64,000 nt of DNA, taken from the NCBI GenBank assembly GCA_036172245.1, contig JAYWIR010000003.1, positions 4,154,001-4,218,000 on the forward strand. The letters are read 5' to 3'. A model generated the notes under the pieces. The model searched no databases. It was not told the DNA's origin and saw only the letters and a program-made list of their open reading frames with translations. The DNA is from Raillietiella orientalis (lineage: Eukaryota). Both the position numbers and the translations under genes were made by a program. Below are positions 38,004 to 50,700 of this stretch, piece by piece (positions within the stretch are counted from its first letter, which is position 1; each line of letters opens with the position of its first letter).

Positions 38004-39053
38004 TCAAGGTAGCAAATCTATCAAGATATCTTTCGCATTTCTTGAAAGATGCTCAGGAAATTTAATATCAAAGTGAACATGGATATCTCCCCTCCTATGA
38101 GGCTCCTTTGGTATTGGAAGTCCTCTTCCTTTAATTGCCTTTATGGTTGTTGGCTTAATAATTTCATTATGTGTGTCTAATGGTACAGTGTCTCCTTCAA
38201 GAGTTGGAATAGTCAGTCTCTTCCCACACAAGGCTTCTTTCAATGTCAGTCTGGCCTTGTACTTTATGTTACTACCATCTCTTTCAAACACTGGATGTGG
38301 CCTATCTTTCACAATAAACACAATATCTGCTGGAATTTTACCCGGGTTATGGTCACCTTCTTTTGGATAGGTTATTTTTGTTCCAGCTTTCCAACCAGGT
38401 TTAATCACTATTTCAAGCATTTTTTGCTCAGTTTTTGGGCTTTGGTTGGCATACCTAATGTTTTTATGGATTTTGACCTTCTTTGTGCAACCATGTAACA
38501 CTTCATCCAAGGAAACAAACAGATCGTGGTGGACAGCGGGATCTTGCTGACTTTGCTTCTTTGAATCCGGTGCTGAATTTCGTCTGGGTTTGGAACCCAT
38601 GAACATATACGGTATAGACTCATCGGTTTCCATTCCCTCTGCTCCATTCATATCAAAGAATGCAGCATTCCTGCCTGGTCCTCCACTAAATCCACTTTCA
38701 CCAAATCCAAAATTCATGAATACATCGAATGGATTATTTGTTCCAAAAACATGGGCGAAAGTTGCTCGGGGATCTCCAGAAAACGTGTACGTAAAACCAC
38801 CTCCTGGACCTCCACCAGCTCCCCCTAATCCTCCTTTCAAGCCTTCTTCACCCACTTGATCATATATTTCTCTCTTTTTCTTATCACTCAAAACTTCATA
38901 GGCTTCCGAAATTTCTTTAAACTTTTCCTCGGCCGCGGGGCTTTTGTTTTTATCTGGATGATATTTCAAAGCAAGTTTACGATATGCTTTCTTCAATTCA
39001 TCATCATTGGCATTTTTGGGAACGCCCAACACTTTATAATAATCTTTTCCCAT
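38004..39053 (-). CDS. DNAJB: Class II (type B) cytosolic DnaJ/Hsp40 co-chaperone, DNAJB1/4/5 (Sis1, Drosophila DnaJ-1) group; single coding exon, 349 aa
   Basis: Uninterrupted ORF from the ATG at 39053: [39 protein letters not shown] (J domain with HPD), a G/F-rich linker ([12 protein letters not shown]), no CxxCxGxG zinc finger, and C-terminal motifs [46 protein letters not shown] at 38004-38006. Confidence 0.97.
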   Translation of the reverse strand: MGKDYYKVLGVPKNANDDELKKAYRKLALKYHPDKNKSPAAEEKFKEISEAYEVLSDKKKREIYDQVGEEGLKGGLGGAGGGPGGGFTYTFSGDPRATFAHVFGTNNPFDVFMNFGFGESGFSGGPGRNAAFFDMNGAEGMETDESIPYMFMGSKPRRNSAPDSKKQSQQDPAVHHDLFVSLDEVLHGCTKKVKIHKNIRYANQSPKTEQKMLEIVIKPGWKAGTKITYPKEGDHNPGKIPADIVFIVKDRPHPVFERDGSNIKYKARLTLKEALCGKRLTIPTLEGDTVPLDTHNEIIKPTTIKAIKGRGLPIPKEPHRRGDIHVHFDIKFPEHLSRNAKDILIDLLP

Positions 39054-39149
39054 GTTTACATACACATACAAGGGATTTCAGGAAATACGCACATGTCACT
39101 TCCTTTACGCATCAAGAGTTGTGTTGTCGCGCGTTGTTTTAAGGACTTT

Positions 39150-39174
39150 CGAATTTACTAGATATTTCTAGAAA
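39150..39174. promoter_or_regulatory. Heat-shock element (HSF binding site) upstream of the DnaJ gene
   Basis: Five in-phase alternating pentamers cGAAt-tTACt-aGATa-tTTCt-aGAAa (3 perfect, 2 with one mismatch), ~100-120 nt upstream of the DnaJ ATG. Confidence 0.7.
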
Positions 39175-40349
39175 TGTGCTTCTGACATCTATTGCGGAAA
39201 CATGGTACTACACTGGGATTGATATTAGAACATTTTCAGATAACATGCACAGCTTAGTTAGCAGAGAAATTGCAATCTAGAATGCATATATATTCAAAAT
39301 AACGACTCAAGAGATTAAGAAATTCTTTTTGTTGCCTATTTTTTAATGATTTTATGAAAAGTATTTCGCTTGCAAGAAATACCAATGAAATGAGAGCATG
39401 TCAGTGATACTCCTGCGTTTCATTATTAAAGCATCTCGAAAGAAATGAAAGGAGATCATAGTGAGCAAACATTTCTGAAATGTACAGAAATTACTGTGTT
39501 TAAATATCATATCATACGCATTTTTGAAAAATTGCAATTTCTGGCACTCACTGTTAACGAAAGCGGAAGAACGTCTGCTTCGAACTGAAAAATTTTCTAT
39601 CACCATAGTCAAAAACCATAATTGTGGTACCAAATAATCCAAAGAGAATGTAGGAGACAATAAAAAGCAAAAATCATGCTATAAATTGGCATTAGTGGCT
39701 GATGTATTTTTTGAATCAATATTGTCTGAGTCAGGCAGCCTTCAACTTACCAGAATTCCATATCTTCCATACATTCGAGTTTTCCCTAAGAAAATCATTT
39801 TGTTAATACTTAATTCGTTATTTGTGCATGCCTTCTTATCGAAGTATACGACTAACCATGATTTACTTCTCTTAGCTAGAATACAATTGTACTTTGGTAA
39901 TTCAGAGTTCCTCGTGGACAGATGAAAAACTTCTTGAAAGTGAAACTAATCCAAAATATCACATTTCATTATTTATCTGCCAGAAAATACATAGTCGAAT
40001 AATGTTTAATTGGAATGTTTCGAAAATTTCAAAATCTCTTTTGCTTTTGTTTGTTCGATTATTTTAGCTTTCAAGTCTGTCAGGGATTATATACTTTGAG
40101 TTTCTTATACTTGTTGCTTGTATTTAGAAAATCATGTTTGTTGAAGAACAAACTAATTTTCTTTCAAATGAAACCTACTTACATAATGAGCTTTTATTTT
40201 TTTTTTATTTTAGAAGTTTATTGGCTTTGTATGCAAAGTATGAATAGAATCATTGAAAATACTCTCTTTGGGAGATGGAAAATGGAACTAGGCAAACACA
40301 TACAGAACACATTTGTATGTAACTCTGCATTTTAGTGTCTTGCAATTAT

Positions 40350-43300
40350 TTTCATACAGCAAACTTTCATCTATTCAAAGACTTATATGTTGTACTTTTA
40401 ATAAAACCGGAGGAGAAACGCTATGAATCTTGCGAGAATTTTCTCCCAGAATATCACAGCGTGAGCTGATAGAATCAACCCGTGATGCCACTCTATTCTT
40501 CAGCAAAGTCCGAAAATCATAACGTGTTCTGACACTGCTGGTCATAGATCCAAATCGTGTACACGTGGACTGTTTTCCTACGTTTGGCAGACTGCGTTCT
40601 CATAGAGGAAATGTTTATCTCTGATGTATCATAAGATCCTCGACTATGAAACTAACAAACCAGCTGGCAACACTTAGAACCTGGAATCGATCCTTCCTTC
40701 TGACAGTTGGATCAGTACAGAAGCACAAAACACAATGCTCCTTTTTGTTTTTGTAGAAAGGCAATGTGCCACTAACGTACTACCAGTGACGTTTCAAGTA
40801 CCGAATTATTGGCGATGATAACACTCATTCCAGGTCCTGAATGAGATCAACACCCATCAACGAACACTTAATATTAAAAAGGAAGATAATTCTAGCAAAC
40901 TGTCAGCGACAGCGTCAAGAGAAAGGCTTCAGATACAATTCATTATCAATGCCAATGGAATGCACACGATACATATTATTCACAGTGAAGAAAGAATGTA
41001 GGAATTGCTATAGGGAAGGAATAGAGGTTGTGAGATTTGAGAAACTCTTGGCAGGTCAATGACGATGAAACCGGGTAGCATACGAAAACATGATGGACTC
41101 CAGTGCAGGGAAAGTCAGGGGACAGTTTCCGTTAAAATTCACATCCCTCTTCCACGATGGTACCAGGTATTGTTCTGCACGGGTCTTTGCGACAGCGTGA
41201 TTGTGTGCCAGAGGAGCTTCTGAGGAGTTCTTGGCGAGCGTGCCATAGAAATGTGCGTCAAGGCAAGAGCACGAGTCCTGCAAAGCTGCACAGATGATTG
41301 GATGCAATATCTTAGGAAAGGGACTGCGAAGAAACAGCAAAAAGGAGAAATCAAGGACCTTCACACTGAAGATGGGCAGGCCGATTTTTTTTCTGGTGGT
41401 TTCCTTTATGCTGGAGTTCTTCTGCAAACCAAACGTTGGCAAGATCGTTCGATATATGCGATTCCAAGAGTCCTCGCGTCACCCTTTCCCCTGATGCTCA
41501 CTGGCGAGATTTTTTTTCTCTCTCTCTCTCTGGAGTGCGTTCCCACGCATTTTATTTTCGTCTCAGATAAAATCACAATCCTGGCAGGGGGAAGACCTTA
41601 CATATGTTCGGGAGCTGGACCACGTTGCTTGGCGCAGTGTCCAGCTGCTCTTCCAGGCGTCTTCGAAATCCTTCGTACGATGACGTGACCCGGCACCGAT
41701 TTTTGGTCGGAAGATGTGTTTGTCTGTCCATCCGGCTGCTCCGGAGGGGGTGTTTCCTTTCGAGAAAATAAACTTGCAGAAATATGTTGGCATTCTGCAA
41801 GTTTATTTTCTCAGAGATAGAACCTGCCGACATGCCGGCGCCCAGACCGGCGAGGCCCGCCACGGCAGAAGAGGGGAAAAGGCGGAGCAACAAAAAATAA
41901 AAATAAATACGAAAAGCTCTGGGGAGATTGAGAAGGAATCTCCACTTGCTGACGTGCGTTCTCTGCATCCTTTCCACAGGATGCTCCTAAACATCATCAT
42001 CCCCAAATGAAGACGTCTCTCTGCAGTCCGTAGGAAGCAGACTGCGAGGCGGATGGCGTCCCTGTCGCTGTCGCCTCTTTCGTGGCGGCGCAGGCAGCCA
42101 CGGTCCCGCGTAGGCGGCGAAGTGCTTCCAGGGACGCGGCCGGCGTCAGGGCCACCACGCACGAAGAGACGCTTGAGAACGTCCCTGGGGTTGCTCATAA
42201 GGGTCCCAAGGGTCTCCTCCAAACGTCCCCACAAGGGTCGGAGGGCAGTTCCGTCCACAAGCAGGTGCGGGAGGGTCTCTCGTTCCCTGCACCTGCTCCC
42301 CTCCCGCCTCGAGTTCAGTGATGGAGATGCCTTTGTTGAGAGCATGGAGACCTAGGAGACCGCCTACGGATGACTATGGGAAATGGTTCGAAAAGAAACC
42401 TCATACACAAATAAATGCGTTTTCCTAACCCTCCCTCAGCAGTTGTCCCTGGGAACTGCTCAAGGTTTATTCCGAAGAACGGTTTCCCATGCCAACAAAG
42501 ATGTCATTTCTCACGTATGGTCATTGAAGAATCCATCCTGCAGTCGATCTGCAAAGACAGTAATGCTAGTGAGAGCAGCAGCAGCGACAGCAGCCGAGGC
42601 GAGAGCAGCCTGACGCCTCGCTGAGGTCGGGGGAGTCGCCCTTCACTCCCAGAGTGAGGGGGGACTCCTTCTTCGCTCCCCTCTGTCTTCGGAGGCCAAA
42701 GATGCCTCCCTCGGGCACCAGAGCCTCCGCCACGCTCGCAAGGAACACCGCACTGAGAAGCGCGGATTCGTTGCCTGAGGAAGAAGGTGGAGGGAAGGAA
42801 GCGGACAAAGAAGGGAAGGAGGGAGAAGATGTCAGCAGCCAGCGGCCCGAAACTTCAGAGGCGACCTTGGAGAATCCTTGGATAGGCACCCCCTGGGGTA
42901 TGAGGACGGCGCGAGCCTCACAGCGTAGGTCTGAGGAAGAGACGCTGGCGATCAGGGGGGTCTTCACGGACGGTTGTCGATCGGGAGGAGGGGGCAGTCC
43001 GCTCTCTCACCCCTTCCGTCAGCCACGAGAAGCAGCTCGAGCACAAGCGCAGCCTCGATGCTCCGCTCCGAGAGGCGCCGTAGATAGTCGTGTTGCCATG
43101 GAGGTGGGAGGGGGGGGCAGGTGGACTCGAGGCCGTCCGTTCGAAGAAGCTGCGGACTATGGGTCAGAGAGCTTAGCCCTGACCTCCAGGATTTCCGCGC
43201 TCAAAGTGCCCCCTGAGAAGAACGAGAACCCGAAGGCGGAAGGAGTTGGGAAGAGGAACTTACATGATCTCTGGGTTCCCTGGATGCGAGGCCTGGTTCT

Positions 43301-46300
43301 GCCCTGAAAAACAAGTCCCAGAGGCAGATCCTCTGAGATTTTTCAAGTTTCTTGAAGATGCTCAGCTCTACTGCAAAAGCCGAAAGTCTTCTCCGGGTTT
43401 TCGTCTTCTTTTCACTCTCTCGGGAGGTGGCTTCAGTCGAGTAGGCAAGAAGGCTCCCGCCGCTGAGGCAGGCCATGCACACTCAAACGTCCGAGCTACT
43501 CAGAGATGACGCAGAGGGACCGGAGGAGAATGGGTCTCCTCCTCGAAAGAGGATGCGTCCGGGAGTCGGCGCAAGCCAGCGGTGCGAGGGGACTGGAACT
43601 GGAATCAGAGGCTGCTGGTTCCGATCCCGAAAGCTAGCTGGCGATCTTCCCCGCAGACCCAAGACTTCGACACCAGGCCGATCTTCTGAGGGATGCTGCA
43701 GGTATGCACGTCATTTTCAAGGGTCGGGACCTCCTCCGGGGGCACACAGGTGGCCAAGCGCCTCTGCCGCTCTTGGGAGCCACTCCGAGGACCTCCGACT
43801 GCCAGTTCCTTCCAAGCTCGCGCGCGACAGGCGGCAGCCGGAAGGCCTTTCTGCCTTGTAGCATCCCTTTGACCTGGGGCGGCGGGAGACGAGGACGCTA
43901 ACCCTGGCCGGAGGCTGCAGCGCAGCTGGTGGAGCGGCGTGGCCTTGGCTAGGTGGCCTCCGAGCGCGCCTGGAAAAAAAAGGCATAAGTGCGGCGCGAC
44001 AGCTTCTCCCAAGCCGGCATGTTGCTTCCGGGTCGGGGGTGCCCCTCGACGAAGTGCCTGGTCAGCAGCCTGACCTCTCGCCGCGAAAGTACATCCGTCC
44101 AGAGGATGGATGGCCCCCAGGAGCGAAGTCCGGAACTCCTCGACCGCTCCCTCTGCTAGTGTCTGTCCTGCTGGTGGTTGTCCTCAAGTCCTCGTTCCTT
44201 CGCACCCACGGCAGGGACGCTAGCCCCGCTCCAGAAAAGTGTTACACAGCTTTTCCGGAACTCCTCCTTTTGGGTGAGGAACTCTCGCTGTCCTTCCTGA
44301 GACGTGATTCGCGCACGCGCCGGCACACCCCACATCCTTGGGTGAGCCGCCGAGGACGGGCGTTGAGCAGGAGAAAGGAGCAGCAATGAGGACACTTCAA
44401 CCGACTGGACCGGTCATTTTCGAGAATTGACTCCCAATGGGCGTGAGGTCCACTGGCGCGGGAGATTGGCCATCCAGGAGGAATCGGAACGACTGATAAT
44501 GCTTCCATATGACCTTGGAACACCTCAGATAATTTTCCCTCCTAGAAAGCCCTTCTCAAGTCAGAGGGAAAAGGAAAGAGGACGGGGGGAACAGCAGTCC
44601 CTACGTCTGTCTCCGAGTCTCAGGAATCAGGATGAAGTGGTGGATGGGTGGGTGGGCACAGGAAGTTCCCGGTGCGACCTCTTCCCGATGGTCATGTCAC
44701 GTGACCGAGGATGACTAAGGGGAGTCAGAGACGCCCCCCTTACCTAAGGACTCGATCCGTTTCGTTGGAGGATCTGTAGCACGCAAGTGATGGAATCCGA
44801 GGAGCGTCTCGGAAGCACGTGGTGTGGCCCGGGGCGCGTTTTTGAGGAGTACGTCTTTCCTCTCCGGAAGGACTCGGACTGTGTCGCGGAGTTGGTCATC
44901 TCTGCTCCTGTGTCCTAGACTGGGAGAGGATGAGCGCGGCCATGCCAGCGTGGAGGAAGCTCCCTGGACCTTCCTCCGCTGGCGCGCAGCCACCTAGGCT
45001 CCCTTTCGATGGCGTCCTTATCGGTGGCACTGGAGCGAACGCGCTCGCTGGAATCTCGAGGGAGACTGCAGACTCCATAGCAACCAGCGCGTCCACGGAA
45101 GAGGTCTCTCCCGTGAGCGCCCGGAGAGACAAGCCGCAGGCCAGGACGCCTCGGTTTTTGCTACGACGCCATGCTGCATGCCCCCCTCACGTCCTGTAGA
45201 CCACGTGTTTTTCAGCAGAGAGCCACGCCTAGAGGAGGACCTGCAGTCCATCTGCAGGCGGAAGACCGACGTCGCTGCCAGTTGGATTCAGGATAGCGCA
45301 AGATCTCCGTGCGGGTAGAGTGCCGGGAATCGCGACTGATGGCCAGGGATTATGAACACCGGTTCATAACCTTTATTGCTCGGCTGTCTTGTCCGTTCCG
45401 TCCTCCGTGCGAGGCCGCTGTCCAGCCGTTGCGTCCAGATCTTCCCGCAACGGCGCGTGCTGCGGGGCACCACCTCCCTCCAGGTGGACTCCGCTCATCG
45501 ACCAGGGTTCCTCGGTTCTCTTGGTGCTCCTTCCGATTCCGCAACGGCCGCTCCGGAGGCTGCTGGCGTCCCTCCTGGACCGGCAAGGGAGGATGGGTGA
45601 ACACTTCGTACCCACCAGTCCGCATTCGGTGCCCCGGTGGCAGGGGATTCGTAAACACTGGAGACGTCCACCCTCTCTGCCTACCCGGATACCAAATCCG
45701 GTCGGGAACCCACCCCGGGAACGAGCTGGCTGGGGACCACCGGCTGCCTCTTCCCTGCGGTCCGCCGTGCCCTTCGATGACCCCGTCCACCCTTCCGGAT
45801 GAGATGGCGCATCCCGGAGACTTGCAATTCCATGGGAGATATCCCGCGGGACCGGAGCCGGTGGTCCCGGATAGCCATCACGCCTTCCAGTCTGCCGTAT
45901 CCCCCCCTACGGGCAAACGTGGATAGCAGCCGACCGCCGGGGTTCCCCTGAGAGATTGCAGGGGTCGGGAAGCTCCTGGACGGCCGGAAGGCGGGCGCGT
46001 TGGTGGGCGTTGCCTCTCCTCGTTCTCGGACAGAGGGACTCTTTCGGTGGAGAGACCTGCTAGAGGAACTCGCAGTCCCTCCCTCGCGTGTTGACGCCAC
46101 GCTGCTCCCGTTGCGGTGAAAACGGCCGTTTCTGAGATGGGGATCCCGGTGCAGACACCTGGTCGTTTCCCGGGGGAGTGGCTCCCTCAGGGTGCCCTCG
46201 AACAGCTCCGGAGGCGACCGCCCCTGGCACCCCGCCGCCCGGAGGACGCCGCAGCCCCCATCTTGCTGCAGTGCCTCCTCATGCAAGGAGGACTCACGGC

Positions 46301-47450
46301 CGGCGCCGCCATCGCCACGAGGTGCGCGTCCGCTCCACTGTTGCAGTCCTCTGCGGGCTGGAGTCCCCGGCGCGGCGAAGGGAGGCCTCGCGCACGGCGG
46401 CCGCCGCCTGGGCGCCGGTGGCTGCGAGGCGGCGTCACCTCCGTGAATGGGTCGCCAGAGAGAGATCACCAGTATTCGGTGCCAGCTCCAGGACACCCGC
46501 GTCCCCACCCCTTTTTTCGAATCATTGACTGTCTCCTCCTTCCCACTCTGGACTTTTTCAAAAGCCAGTCTGCCTGCCGAACTTCTGCTGACGTCCTTGT
46601 CGCTCTGGTTCCCTGGGAACCCATGTCGCGATGATCCGCAAGTTTTTATTTTTTAAAAAGAATAAAGGTCCAGGAGCCGTCGGGTCGAATCGCTTCCCCC
46701 TCCCTGCGTGAGCGATCCTCGGTGCCACCTGAGGCAGCCCTCCGGCAGATCGCACGTGCGCCAGATGGAGCTGCGCTGCACGAATGAACCTGCGATAGGA
46801 GAGTCTGGAAATTTCGCCACTGGGCGGAAATGCAGTGGGCTCGACGCTACCCCACTCGGGACACGGTCTTCGGCTTAGTCCCGCGGGTGCTGTTTCAGCG
46901 AGAGACCGGGCTTCCTCGAGCTACTTCTTGCGCAGGCCAGAAGCGAACTTTTTCACGTGCGCTTCCGAGATTGTACCCCGAATCGTTCCCATGGGTTCAC
47001 ATTTCTCGATGGTCCATCTCTCTCTTGCAGTCCTCCTCGGTCCTCACCCTGGAGGACCCTTCTTCCCGCTATCTCCCGACTTAATTGCAGGACTGATTCT
47101 GGCGTGAAACTCCTAAGTCGCTCGCCAGCGGCTGTCAAGGAAGGGATTTTCAACACGGTCCGCAGCAGGTTTTTGAAAAAGATCCTCGGGTGCTGGTGCG
47201 TCAGGAGCAATGCCAACGGTTCCAGACCACTTCCATGGCGAGATCGCTGACCTCATCGAATCGAGTACACGAGACGTGTTCGGCCTAAAGAGTGATGGGT
47301 ACGTATGCAATTGTTGGTTGCGCTCCTTAGTACATCCAGGTACTCCTTCAGTAATTGCGTTATGATGCTGTTCAGGAACAGCTGGCGCCCAATCCTCTTT
47401 TCTGAGTGCTCCCATCCCGTGGATAGCGAACCCGACCGGGAAAGAAACGA
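40350..47450 (-). mobile_element. Decayed L1/Tx1-type element 'D' (ORF1, long GC-rich linker, ORF2 endonuclease; RT not recognisable)
   Basis: ORF1: RIFFKNLLRTVLKIP (~47180) and RGLQPAEDCNSGADAHLVA (YxGQPxxC..C...HL-like, ~46370-46315), with further Cys relics to ~46200. ORF2 start: LQNANIFLQ..KETP (~41790-41750), AWKSSWTLRQATWSS (~41660-41615), LQDSCSCLD (GDFNCxLD-like, ~41280), LVPSWKR..LTF (~41165-41110). Signal fades near 40.4 kb. Confidence 0.6.
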
Positions 47451-47799
47451 TCACATGAAGACCTTTGTCTTCATGGGATCGATTTCTTTTCGCTATAAAA
47501 ATAAGGACAATGAGCTCCCTATTAGATCTATTAGACCCCCTCTTTGCTCACAATTTGTGAGAGCAAGGCCGGGTCACATGGTTTGTGTGAGTATTTGTCT
47601 ACGTCACCCCAACCGAAGACTGGGATGTCTTGCTTCCCGATTCGGAAAGTGGCCGCCTCGGGCCTTCCTGCTTCATTGTCTGGGGATGTAACGACTCATG
47701 CTTTCTGAAATTAAGGGCAGGGGAGCCCTGACTTCCGTTTAGAGCTCGCGCAGCATTTGGTTGCGTTCACGAAGCCAGTTTTCCGCTTCCGCGATGTGC

Positions 47800-50700
47800 G
47801 TCAGATGACCAGCGCATGCTGGTGCGGGGTCTTAAAAGACCTCTGAAGGCGTCCAAACTGCTTCTGGGCGAAAGAGCAGAGAGCTGAGTGGGTGCTCCAG
47901 CTTTATTTCCTTCTGAATGCTCCTCGCTCTTGCGAAGGTGCACATCCTTGTGCAGATCCTTTTCGCCTCCGGCAAGATTCTATCCATGCCCCTTTTTCCC
48001 CTCAGGGCACCATGCAGCAGTTCATGAGGTACAACAGAGCCAAGGGTGTCTGCCGTGGCGATAAACGAGGAGTCCTGAGGGGACCCCCTTGCGTCGTGCG
48101 GTCTCGCGCCTGAATCGGGGAGCCAAACGCTGAGGAAGCGACCCGACAGCCAGTGACCCCGTTCTCGCAGTCTCCTGGGGAGGCACTCTGAGCAGAAGGT
48201 GCAAATGGTCGCCTGGCGACACTGGTCCCCTCCCATAAACCTTTGTCGACAGCGGCGGCGGCGACGACGACGATTTCAGAAACCCGTGACCCTTCGAATC
48301 CACTGAGTCCTATCCTCTGCTGGAGGCGTGCGCCAAAGATGCTGGAGAGCAGCTCCACCTCTGTACCGAACGACTTCCGCCCCGTAATGGACTCCCTCTT
48401 GCTGGGCACGTTGAGTCTACACGTCCCACACCCTGCGTTCTGGAATCCAGATGTCAACTTAACGAGAGGCCATCGCCAGCTAACCGGGGTCTGGGGCACC
48501 CAGGAACGAGGATCTTCAGCAAGAGCACGGAACTCCAAGAGCGTGCGCCCACGGGCTCCGCTCACTGAGTGGAAGGGATGGGGGGCCCGAACGTCACCCC
48601 CTTGTCCTGCCTGTATGGGCCGTGGAGTCGCCTTCAAAAATCTCCGTCTTCATCCGCATCGGTTGGCGCCAGTTCTTCTTGGTTCTTCTTGGTATTCCTT
48701 CTTGTCATCCGCGCATTTTGGCGAGTGTTATCTCTGCCCGCGGACCATTTATTGACCAACTTCGTGACCTGCCAAGATGCTCTCCAGTCTGGCTGGCATT
48801 CCAAATGCTCCCATCTGATGCTCTTTTTTGGCCTTCTCCGGGATGAAAGCGCATTCCTCAAGTTTGAAGTCGTAAGCACTGAGTGAGCGATGAACGTCGT
48901 CCTGGGAGGGCCACAGCGCGCACTGGAGGTCGGAGTCGACCCATCTCGACTTCTGTGGTCGTACACAAAGCCTCCTATCTCTCCTATTTCCGAGTCCTCC
49001 ATCCCACTCAAGACGGGGTTGGATAATTAGCAGCCCCACCTGGAGGCGCTTGCGCGCCTCCGTGCAGGCCGTCCGGCGTTCTGCCGGGCTTCCTGCGGAG
49101 AAGCAAACAATTCCCAAAGATTCCCTCATCGGGAGAACGTCCTGATCCATGGAAACAACCCATATTGCGGCTACATTGGATGTTGGACGGCATCCAACAT
49201 TCGGCAGAGGAAGGAAATCTACCGGACTCCCCAGCCGGGGCACTCTCCATGCACAGGCCTAGCTGGTCGAGTCCCTGGAATTGGACCACCATCACCAGCA
49301 TTCAGACCGGCTCAATCCCGTGGATCAAGCGAGAAGGTACGGATGCACGCGGGAAGCCTCGCATGTCGAGGAAAAGGCCGCGGCTTCGAATCCCAATCAC
49401 GAAAGAGCACTCGCCTCAGCAAAAGTGCCCACTCTTGAGCGCCCGTCGCGAACCAGTCCTTTGCCGGCGAATAGAGAATGGACAGGTGTAAGTGGCGGCG
49501 GAAAATCCTTCCCCTTCATTTTCTTACGTAATCTCGAATCTTGGGTTGAGGGCCTCTTCCGTTCCGCCCCGATGAGCATGGCCACGAGCATCCACCCCAT
49601 GCAGGCCAGCACACGCATCTTCTCCTCCGTGCGTTTTCTGCGATTGCAAGGGCGGAGGGCAGCCGTGGCAACCGCGCCGAATGGAAGACTAGGTTTCGAA
49701 GCAGAACGGCAGGAGGAGCACACACGCGACGGATCCCAACAGCGCGCGAACTTTCACAAACTCCCAGTCCCACTTCCCGCCTTATCCTAGGGCGACGACG
49801 GACTGACTTCGGACAAGTCTTTCCTGCCCTCGGTGTTGCGAAGACACCCGCGCGCGCCACGTGATCCGAGTGCTGGAAGATGAGTACGGCGACGGAGGCA
49901 CGCGCGGCACTCGAAGCAACTGGAACCCGTCGCGAGCCAACGAGGTACGCGATGCTCGCACACGCCCGCCCGCGCTTCGCACGAGGATGGGCGACGTCGA
50001 AGGCGCAAGTCCGTTCTTCCTCCGGCTCACGTTGCACCGCGCCGGGACTCGCACCAATGGCAGAACTGGGATTGGGCGCACGTGCGTGGCCAACGCCATC
50101 TCCCTCGCGGATCCGCAACCAAATACGTCGACGCAGCAGATACCTGCCAGAAAAACTTCAAACCTCACCCCACCCCCCCGTTTCCCGCAGCTCCGCCCCA
50201 GACCACTCTCTCTCTGTGCTTGCCAAATTATTTCCTGCACGCCCTTCGCTCTGACAAATGGAAGGCCGTATTGGTTAAGACTGTCTTCCTCGTTCTAGGA
50301 TGCTCCGTATGGTATTATGGTGGAAACCTGTGGCTGGTTTCAAGGACCACCGGATCCTTGGGAACTACGTGCCTGATAGTTGGAAGAACGGAAGATGAAA
50401 TTCTCGGAGGATGTTCTCTGAAGCGGATGGATCTTCATAAGTAGGTGGTTGCATAGGAAGGAAGCGTGGTCTTCAAATGAGGAAAAACGAAACTCAACGC
50501 CGCGCATCGTCACCAACCGGGTTATACCGAATGTTTCAGATGACCTTCAATCCTGAAATAAGTACTATCAGCTCAGCTACACAAGACCGCTCAAGCTCCG
50601 CACAGTTCATGCCTTTGCACGCCTCCCCAGTGACGGTCCCCAGTGGTTGTCCAAAACCAACATACATAGCGCCAGTTCTTATCCACTTGATATGCCGTCT

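Noticed and set aside
49682..49692. TGGAAGACTAG (5' end of miR-7); similarly AATTGCACTAG at ~13446 (miR-92-like)
   Set aside because: Only 11-nt matches, the 3' halves differ, no hairpin is evident, and both lie inside RT relics.
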